A stretch of DNA of 35,297 nucleotides from Silvanigrellaceae bacterium (GTDB lineage: Bacteria > Bdellovibrionota_B > Oligoflexia > Silvanigrellales > Silvanigrellaceae). Position 1 is the first letter of the stretch; each line of letters begins with the position of its first letter. This document shows positions 28,110 through 35,297 of the stretch, piece by piece. Both the position numbers and the translations under genes were made by a program. Under the pieces are notes generated by a model. That model was given only the letters and a program-made list of their open reading frames with translations. It was not told the origin of the DNA and did not search any database. Location of the stretch: assembly GCA_049423385.1 (NCBI GenBank), contig JBMSQQ010000029.1, positions 1 through 35,297 on the forward strand, read 5' to 3'.

Positions 28110-29609
28110 ATGACCCGTTTGGTTCCTCAGCTCCAGACCGGACCCGTCCGCTCAGTTGTAGCGGCTTGTGCTCTTTGCACCCTCCCTGCTCGTGCGGCCA
28201 GCACCGAGGGCTTTGAGTTCGGCGGCTATTGGCGTGCCGGCTACAACACCGCTTCGGCCGTGACAGCACAAGAACTCGTCACCCGCAAACTCAGTTGGAA
28301 GGACTTCGTCGACACTCTGCAAGGTCTCACGGGTGAAGCCTCGGACAGCCAGGACCTGCCTGGCCTCAAGACCACCCGACACTCTCGAAATCCATCTTAT
28401 TTTCAGCTCAAACTTGGCCAACGCTTTTCGAATGCACTGGAAGCAAAGTTGCGCCTCGACAGCTATGGCCCCTTTGCGCACGACGTTTCAGAGTCGAGTG
28501 CCGATACATCAGCCAAAACCGCGGCCAATATCCGGGTTCGCGACCTTTATTTGAGTGTTCCGCTGAGCCTTGAAAACACCCGCCTCTGGGCAGGCTCGCG
28601 AATGCTGGAATACGAAGATCTTCGACTTTTCGATGGTGGCAACCCTTTCGACCTCAATGCATTTGGAGCAGGTGTCGAAGGACCAAAATTTGAAGCCACC
28701 CTGAGCTACAACAAGGCCTCCCGCACTGCCGTTGTTGTGGGTGCCAACGGCCAGCCAGTCGTCAATCCTCAGCAGAACGCAACCGTGAACACGAAAGACG
28801 TGACGTTGCTCACCCGGTTTGAACTCAAGCCCTGGAAAATTTTCCAGGTCAAGCCGATGCTCAAATTCACCAACCACTCCGGCGCACCGGCAGACACTGT
28901 CAGCTCGATTCAACGCAAAGCCATCAATGGTTCTGTCGAGGCCACAGTGGGCGCCGTGATCGCCAGGACAGGTCGGCCCGGATATTGGGGAAACACTGTT
29001 CTCGCCATTCGCGAAACTCCGTCGGGATTGATTGGTCGAACCGACCAAAACGAAAGCGGGGGTGATGATGCCTACAAGAAGACGGCTCAACAGACCAACA
29101 TCGACAACGCAGCAGCGCGCAATGCAGCACTCCGCGGTGACAGCAAGAATTACGACACCACTTTTATTTTGACCGACACAGCAAACATCGACTTCACCCG
29201 CTGGGCGATGCTGTCGGGAGTCTGGCTTGAGCACGACATCTACAACACTCCACGGCCACTGTGGAAACTATCGGGTTCGACAATCATCCGTGATGGTGAG
29301 GCAACCACAAAAAAATCGACCCGTTATTCGATTGGTTTGCAGCCGGTCTACTTTATCAGCGACCAAGTGCATGCAGCGCTTGATTTGAACTATGCAGGAA
29401 GAACAAAGCGACTCTCAAATACAGACGCCAACGGAATCATCATCACACCCATTCTGCGTTATGCGATGAACCGTTCGGCGCTCGGCACACCGCAAATCTA
29501 CACTTCGTTTTCATATGGTCGCTATGATGCCGAGACGAAACGACAACCGGACGGAACATTCAAAACGACGTTGATCACAACCCAGACAGGGTTTGAGATC
29601 TGGTTTTGA
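28110..29609 (+). CDS. LamB/maltoporin-like outer-membrane porin 1
   Basis: Signal peptide; FEFGGYWRAG, YFQLKLGQ, LWAGSR and C-terminal GFEIWF; start at 28110 (GGAGAGG upstream) or 28080. Confidence 0.75.
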   Translation: MTRLVPQLQTGPVRSVVAACALCTLPARAASTEGFEFGGYWRAGYNTASAVTAQELVTRKLSWKDFVDTLQGLTGEASDSQDLPGLKTTRHSRNPSYFQLKLGQRFSNALEAKLRLDSYGPFAHDVSESSADTSAKTAANIRVRDLYLSVPLSLENTRLWAGSRMLEYEDLRLFDGGNPFDLNAFGAGVEGPKFEATLSYNKASRTAVVVGANGQPVVNPQQNATVNTKDVTLLTRFELKPWKIFQVKPMLKFTNHSGAPADTVSSIQRKAINGSVEATVGAVIARTGRPGYWGNTVLAIRETPSGLIGRTDQNESGGDDAYKKTAQQTNIDNAAARNAALRGDSKNYDTTFILTDTANIDFTRWAMLSGVWLEHDIYNTPRPLWKLSGSTIIRDGEATTKKSTRYSIGLQPVYFISDQVHAALDLNYAGRTKRLSNTDANGIIITPILRYAMNRSALGTPQIYTSFSYGRYDAETKRQPDGTFKTTLITTQTGFEIWF

Positions 29610-29635
29610 TGACAATTCTTGGCAGGGTTTGAAGG

Positions 29636-31120
29636 GTGCAATTGGGGCGGTTCGACAGGCGCACAACGAAGCTTTTGTCCTGCACTTGCGCACTGACGCT
29701 GTGCAGCACAATTGCACGCGCGCAAACCACCTACGACGCTCCGCAGGTTGTCGGAGATCCCGCAACTTCCACAACTCAAGCTGCTGAGGAAAATTTCCAA
29801 TTCAATGGCTACTGGCGAGCTGGATTCGACACGGCATCACCCTTTACGGGCCGTGAATTTGTTGATGGCGCAGGCGGCAACTCGTTCTACAACTTTATTG
29901 AACGGCTCACATCCGAAGCTCCCGACAATCAGGGCGCTCCGAATCTCAAGACTTCACGACACACACGCGACCCAAACTATTTGAAGCTTCAACTGTCCAA
30001 AACATTCACAAATGATGTCAGGATCACGTTTGGAATAGACTCCAAAGGCGCTCCCGTGCACGAGTCCACTCCTGCCTGGGCTGACTCAGCCAATCAGGGC
30101 GCTGCAATCCAGATTTCCAACAGCCTGCGGATTCGGGATTTGTATACAAGTTTGCCAACCACTTCGGATCTGAGGGTCTGGGCAGGATCGAGACAATTTG
30201 AATTCGAGGACCTTCGACTTTTTGATTCTGGAAATCCGTTCGACACCAGCACCCTTGGAGTCGGCCTGGAATCAAGCAAAACAATTTTTGCGATGGGCTA
30301 TGCCAAGGCAAAACGAGAAGCTGTTGTCGCAGCAAGGCCTGCCACTGTAAGGGGTGGAACAGCAAGACAGGCCGTTCTCGTCGACACCAAGGATGCCACG
30401 CTGCTTTATCGCACCGAAGTTCCGCTCGAAAAAAATTATTCGATCATACCGACATTCAAAGTCGTCGTGCATGGCGCAACGCAAGCCGACGCAACCACAG
30501 GAAACAAGCGACAGGCCATTCGAGGTTCGCAAGAGTTCATGGCCGGTGCCATCATGGCCCGTTTTGATGGCGAAACCGGAAACACGGGACATTCGACAAT
30601 GGGAGTGAGTCTCAAACCCCCGGACGGCAGTGAAGCCTCGTTGCGTGGCGACAACTCTGGATTCGACATCCGTTTTTTTGCTGAAGACGCGAACATCATC
30701 AGCACACCGGAGTGGGGTCTTTTGACTGCAATTTCCATCGAACAGACATCGTTCAAAAATAATCAAAAAAGATACGTCGTGATGAGCGATGGTTCCATTG
30801 TTGCCTCTGGAGAAACTTCAAAAAGTCAGCGCACCATCGCACTCGGCATCCAGCCGGTTCTCTACGTCACAAAGTCGGTCCATCTGGCAATGGATTTGAG
30901 TTATTCATTCCGCGACAAGAAACTCCAGAAAAACCAAAGCAACGCTCTGCTGGTGACGCCCATTTTCAGGTATGCCTTTTCACAAAGCCCACTGGGATCG
31001 CCACAGTTTTACACATCGTTCACCTACGGAAAATATGATCTCGATTTCAAGCGGCAAATCGACGGGTCTTTCAAAAACACCCTCAGCACGATGCAAACCG
31101 GAATAGAGCTTTGGTTTTGA
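29636..31120 (+). CDS. LamB/maltoporin-like outer-membrane porin 2 (paralog)
   Basis: Signal peptide; FQFNGYWRAG, VWAGSR and C-terminal GIELWF; colinear with the upstream gene. Confidence 0.75.
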   Translation: MQLGRFDRRTTKLLSCTCALTLCSTIARAQTTYDAPQVVGDPATSTTQAAEENFQFNGYWRAGFDTASPFTGREFVDGAGGNSFYNFIERLTSEAPDNQGAPNLKTSRHTRDPNYLKLQLSKTFTNDVRITFGIDSKGAPVHESTPAWADSANQGAAIQISNSLRIRDLYTSLPTTSDLRVWAGSRQFEFEDLRLFDSGNPFDTSTLGVGLESSKTIFAMGYAKAKREAVVAARPATVRGGTARQAVLVDTKDATLLYRTEVPLEKNYSIIPTFKVVVHGATQADATTGNKRQAIRGSQEFMAGAIMARFDGETGNTGHSTMGVSLKPPDGSEASLRGDNSGFDIRFFAEDANIISTPEWGLLTAISIEQTSFKNNQKRYVVMSDGSIVASGETSKSQRTIALGIQPVLYVTKSVHLAMDLSYSFRDKKLQKNQSNALLVTPIFRYAFSQSPLGSPQFYTSFTYGKYDLDFKRQIDGSFKNTLSTMQTGIELWF

Positions 31121-31122
31121 GG

Positions 31123-32532
31123 TCAGCGCCCCAGCGAATGACGCAATGCATCTTCAAGGTTGGCATAACGAAACTGGAATCCGGAATTTTCCAGCGCAAC
31201 GGGTTGTGCGCGTTGGCTGCTGAGCAACAATTCTTGCGCCATTTCACCCAATCCAAGCCTCAATGCGAACGCCGGCGCGGGCAAAAAAGCTGGACGCCGC
31301 AAGACGCGCGCGAGTGTTTGAGTGAATTCCGCATTTGAAACTGCCTGAGGCGAGACCAGATTCACCGGTCCGCTCAGCTTTTCGTTTTCAAGAACCCAGC
31401 CAATACCGTAAAGAACGTCGTCCAGAGCAATCCAGCTCATCCATTGACGACCATTGCCCAGACGCCCTCCCACTCCCAGCTGAAATGGCAGGAGCATTTT
31501 TTTGAGAGCGCCCCCGCGTGGACTGAGAACTGTACTCAAGCGCAGCTGGACACATCGCGACGACAATTCTTTTGCCGCAGCTTGCGCCGCCTCTTCCCAG
31601 CAACCGGCAAGTTCAGCCAAAAAACCGCTTCCGCGCGGTGATGATTCATCAAGTACAACGTTTCCTGCATTTCCGTAGAAACCAACCCCCGACGCCGAAA
31701 CAAACACTCGCGGCTTGAGGCCCAGTTCCTTGAGTCCGGAGATCAAGTTTGAAGTGGCATCAACACGGCTCTTCATCAGCAGTCGCTTCTGCTCTTCCGA
31801 CCAACGCTTGTCTGCAATCCCTTCGCCCGCCAGATGGACAACCGCATCCAGCGGTTTGCCATCCAACAAAAGTGAAGCATCAACAGGCCGAGGGTTTGTC
31901 AGATCCCATTGGATAAACTGCTGCCCCGAGCGTCGGCTGCGCGAAAGTCCGAAAACCTCGTGTCCACCCATTTTGAGAAACTCAACCAACTCCTTGCCAA
32001 TCAGCCCCGTGCTTCCAGTCACCAGAATTCGCATTTTCGTTTTCTCCGTGGAATGACCTTCAGCAGGCAATGGCCTCATTTTCCAAAACCAAATATCGTT
32101 GAGCAATGTGCGATGCCGACTGGCAAACATCCGCTTCAGTCGATGACGGACGAACCAGCCTGCGACAACATCCGAGAGTGGAGACAACGGCAATATATAA
32201 GCAATCTCGTCGTTCAGTACCGACTCATTTTCCCCTGCTGGAACAAATTGATGGCGGTGCTCCCAGCATTTGAACGGACCCTTGAGCTGTCTATCGGAAA
32301 ATTCCCGGCCTGGAAGAACCCGGTAATGTTGAGCATGCCAGAGAAAAAGCCCCCAGGGGGCTGGCAGGCCAATGATGGCTTTGCTCCCTTCCGAAACTCC
32401 CTCGGTGCTCACCAGGACAGTCTTGTCCCATGGGGGATTCAAACGAAAAAAAGCAGAGGGATGCTCATGCCACGCAAAAGCAACCTCTGCCGAAACTGGA
32501 AGGCGGACGCTGAACGAAAGCTTCCGCTGCAT
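31123..32532 (-). CDS. SRPBCC domain fused to a TIGR01777 (YfcH-like) NAD-dependent epimerase/SDR
   Basis: N-terminal FAWH..RLNPPW..DRQLKGPF..WEHRH; then ILVTGSTGLIG, HLAGE, GRQWMSWI and GPVNLVSP. Confidence 0.92.
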   Translation of the reverse strand: MQRKLSFSVRLPVSAEVAFAWHEHPSAFFRLNPPWDKTVLVSTEGVSEGSKAIIGLPAPWGLFLWHAQHYRVLPGREFSDRQLKGPFKCWEHRHQFVPAGENESVLNDEIAYILPLSPLSDVVAGWFVRHRLKRMFASRHRTLLNDIWFWKMRPLPAEGHSTEKTKMRILVTGSTGLIGKELVEFLKMGGHEVFGLSRSRRSGQQFIQWDLTNPRPVDASLLLDGKPLDAVVHLAGEGIADKRWSEEQKRLLMKSRVDATSNLISGLKELGLKPRVFVSASGVGFYGNAGNVVLDESSPRGSGFLAELAGCWEEAAQAAAKELSSRCVQLRLSTVLSPRGGALKKMLLPFQLGVGGRLGNGRQWMSWIALDDVLYGIGWVLENEKLSGPVNLVSPQAVSNAEFTQTLARVLRRPAFLPAPAFALRLGLGEMAQELLLSSQRAQPVALENSGFQFRYANLEDALRHSLGR

Positions 32533-32533
32533 C

Positions 32534-33808
32534 TTAGAAAGAGTAGATGCCTACGAGATATGTTCTGTATGCGGAAGACTTGTTGGGAGTCGCAGCGGAG
32601 CCTTGCTCCTTGTTCTTGTTGTTGAAGCCTTCCGCCTTGGAGCTTTGGAATTCGTTTCCGAGTTCGAGAGCGAATCCACCCGATTGATATCCAACTGCAA
32701 CAGCAACCTGGGTGACGTCGTTCTTGGCCTCTTCAGTGTCATTCGAAGAGTTGCCATCGCGTTCAAAGGTTTTGGCGAGAGAGCCGCCGAACGTCAGCAG
32801 AGCGCCTTTTTGCAAAACATCGGTATAGCCCAACAACGAGGAGTCGGTGTTGAATCCCACGCCAAGAATTGAAGACGTCAACTTGGGCGAGATTCTTGCA
32901 CCGTATTTTTCGTCCGCTGCCGTGATTGTCGATGTGGTGAGCTTGTTGTCCACGAAGGTTGCAAGCTTGAGGTCTGAACGAACAACAGACTGGTACCAAC
33001 CGCCCACGGCATAGTTGTCCTTATTGTAGCCAAGTGAACCTTCAAAATGCGAGGCATCGCGAGCGGTGATGACCTTCTTGAGCTTTACGAATTTTCCATC
33101 CGCAACAGGCTTGCCTTCGGCATCCAGGACCGCTTGTTCAGCCGAGGATTCCTGGGCGATTTGATTCTTTTCCATTCCGTAATAAGCGGTCGCCACAACA
33201 CCATTCAAAACGCTGGCACGAGCACCCACAATCACGCCGCGATCGCTCTTGAGAGAGCGCCCGAAGGTGTGCGAGTCCTTGCCGCTGGGGTTGCCCATGG
33301 AGTTGCCGATTCCCAGGGAGAAACTCAAATCATTCTTGTCGCCCAATGAGAGCTTTTGCACGACGGAAGCACCATCGATCGAACCGAACTGTTCGGCGGC
33401 GGCAGTCGCGTCCACACCCCAGGCATCGGCACCACCCATGCGGATGCGTCCCAATGAAATGGTCGTTCCTGACGACAGAGCCAAACCAACGTCTGCGCGG
33501 CGAATACTGACGCCGTTTAAGCCCACTGCTGAAATGGTAACGTCACCTGTCTCGGCCACGTTGCCCCACACCGCAGTTTCGAATTGTGCCCGGGTGATGC
33601 CTTCGCTCACCTTCATGCCGAAGCGCAGGATGGCCAAGGTGAAGTCGGGTGCGCTTGAGTATTGGCTGTCGGCCACGTTGGAGTAGGCTTGAATCAAGCC
33701 GTATGGTACGACAGACTTTTGGATATCTTTGTCGGACTTTTCGTCGGCGAAGGCGTTCGTTTGCGATGCAACTACGGCGAGAAGAGCAATTTTGCGAGCT
33801 GAAATCAT
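32534..33808 (-). CDS. Putative outer-membrane porin
   Basis: Signal peptide AFA-D, alternating beta-strand pattern, C-terminal YLVGIYSF; GGAGG RBS. Confidence 0.75.
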   Translation of the reverse strand: MISARKIALLAVVASQTNAFADEKSDKDIQKSVVPYGLIQAYSNVADSQYSSAPDFTLAILRFGMKVSEGITRAQFETAVWGNVAETGDVTISAVGLNGVSIRRADVGLALSSGTTISLGRIRMGGADAWGVDATAAAEQFGSIDGASVVQKLSLGDKNDLSFSLGIGNSMGNPSGKDSHTFGRSLKSDRGVIVGARASVLNGVVATAYYGMEKNQIAQESSAEQAVLDAEGKPVADGKFVKLKKVITARDASHFEGSLGYNKDNYAVGGWYQSVVRSDLKLATFVDNKLTTSTITAADEKYGARISPKLTSSILGVGFNTDSSLLGYTDVLQKGALLTFGGSLAKTFERDGNSSNDTEEAKNDVTQVAVAVGYQSGGFALELGNEFQSSKAEGFNNKNKEQGSAATPNKSSAYRTYLVGIYSF

Positions 33809-33917
33809 GGCGACAGAGCCTCCGCAGGAGAGAAGTTGTAAACCGGCCTCAAACTAGATGGATTCCAACTGACCGTCAAGGAAAGAGAACGAGACGGCCA
33901 CCAAAAAGGTTATTCCG

Positions 33918-35297
33918 ATGAATGCGACTTCAACGCTGCCGATGACGCACAATCTTCAACAAAAAATACGCGTGGACGTGATTTCGACTCAAGACCAACT
34001 CGAGAATTGGTGCAACAACAATGCGATTGATGCCGTGCTCATCACCGCACAAGATGCATTTTTAAGCGAATACACACCACTTCAGGCGAATCATCGCCAC
34101 GCTGTTTCGGGTTTCACTGGCTCGACCGGTGATGGGATTTTCCTCACGCGTCCGCTTTCAAACAAACTATCGTCACCCGGCCGATTTCAGCTTTTCGTGG
34201 ATGGGCGATACCACCTGCAGGCCGACCAGGAAACAGTTCCGGAAGCGGTTTTTGTGCATAAATTCGGCCTTGCCACCGGCATGGATGAAACCCTTTTCAC
34301 CTGGATTCGCGGGCAACTGCCTGCAGGAACCCGCCTGGCCGTCGACCTGCAAAGGGTTGGATGGAACCGCTGGAATGCACTCGAAGTCCTGGCGCAGGAG
34401 AAGTCGCTCCAGTTGAAGGCTTTCGCTGAAGGCCAAATCGAGTCTGCGCTGTCGACCGTGGAAGGCTGGAACATCAACAGGCCCATCGAAACGCTGCCCG
34501 AAAATTTCACAGGCCGATCGGCAGCAAAAAACCTCAAGGAATTGCGAAGTGCCATTGCCAAAAATTTGGGTCACTCGAATTATGTCTGGGCAGCCTGCAT
34601 GAGCGACGATGCGGCTTGGCTGTTGAACGCGCGCGCATATCACCTGCCTCAATTGTCATCACTTTTGGCATACGTTTTTGTCACACCAAACACCTGCATC
34701 GTTCACTTTCCAAAGGAATCCGAAACCTGCAGCTACGAAATTCCACCCACATTGAAGAATGAAATTCAGATCGTTCGCGGGCCACTGGCAGAAGCGCTTG
34801 CAGCATTGAGCAAGTCGACAGAGGCAAACGCCGCACAACCAACCATCTGTTTCAGCGCCCGGGCAATGAACGCAGCTCTGCCACTCAGTCTTGCTGAACT
34901 CTACAAGGGGGCTGAATTGCGTGACGATTTCCATTGTCTTGAACAATTGCGAGCGAGCAAGACTCCCGAGGAGCTCAACTCGATCCGCAGAAGCTTTCTG
35001 CGCTCCAGCAGGGCAATTGCACGCACATTGCGCTACGCAAAAGATTGCGCACGCAACGGCACTCCACTCAGTGAGGTCAGCCTCTCGCGAACCATCCAGT
35101 CGGAATACGGAGCAGAAGGAGCACGCGAGCTCAGCTTCAAAACCATTTCGGGCTTTGCTGAAAATGGTGCAGTGATTCACTATTCGACCCCGAGTGCAAA
35201 CAAGTTCGCAGAAAAAGGGCAAATCCTGTTGCTCGACAGCGGGGCTTACTACGAGGAAGGTTTTGCCACCGATTGCACGCGCGTGGTTCTGTTTGGC
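33918..35297 (+). CDS. Aminopeptidase P (M24B Xaa-Pro aminopeptidase), truncated by the window end
   Basis: Not in the ORF track because no stop is reached. Hand translation of the ends gives MNATSTLP..DAFLSEY..SGFTGSTG and SFKTISG..NGAVIHY..LLDSGAYY..ATDCTR, in the same frame. Confidence 0.9.
   Translation, partial: MNATSTLPMTHNLQQKIRVDVISTQDQLENWCNNNAIDAVLITAQDAFLSEYTPLQANHRHAVSGFTGSTGDGIFLTRPLSNKLSSPGRFQLFVDGRYHLQADQETVPEAVFVHKFGLATGMDETLFTWIRGQLPAGTRLAVDLQRVGWNRWNALEVLAQEKSLQLKAFAEGQIESALSTVEGWNINRPIETLPENFTGRSAAKNLKELRSAIAKNLGHSNYVWAACMSDDAAWLLNARAYHLPQLSSLLAYVFVTPNTCIVHFPKESETCSYEIPPTLKNEIQIVRGPLAEALAALSKSTEANAAQPTICFSARAMNAALPLSLAELYKGAELRDDFHCLEQLRASKTPEELNSIRRSFLRSSRAIARTLRYAKDCARNGTPLSEVSLSRTIQSEYGAEGARELSFKTISGFAENGAVIHYSTPSANKFAEKGQILLLDSGAYYEEGFATDCTRVVLFG

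Noticed and set aside
34129..35222. Several short ORFs at the right end
   Set aside because: The region is explained by the open-ended aminopeptidase P frame starting at 33918.

Overview
A dense, mostly housekeeping bacterial window with about 30 CDS. I saw no tRNA, rRNA, CRISPR array, integrase or transposase. Gene content and style suggest a Gram-negative Bdellovibrionota/Oligoflexia-like organism (inference only). Order: M16 peptidase pair, small hypothetical, sdhCAB (preceded by a perfect FNR-type box), histone H1-like/BCP peroxiredoxin fusion, HisKA-REC-adenylate cyclase, HU, REC protein with a split PilZ domain, lipoprotein, degenerate PLD-like protein, rsmB, LapB-like protein, kdsB, a large HExxH peptidase/outer-membrane barrel protein, Crp-like protein, REC-TPR protein, hypothetical, BFD ferredoxin, panB, GST-like protein, Sel1-trypsin protease, Mrp/ApbC, NifU-C, two LamB-like porins, SRPBCC-TIGR01777 fusion, a porin, and a truncated aminopeptidase P that is absent from the ORF track. 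The most unusual region is about 7.2-11.6 kb. There a peroxiredoxin and a REC-PilZ protein each carry a long histone H1-like Lys/Ala tract, and they flank an HU gene and a cyclase. This may be a nucleoid-associated redox-protection and second-messenger module. All calls come from reading motifs by eye; no database searches were run.
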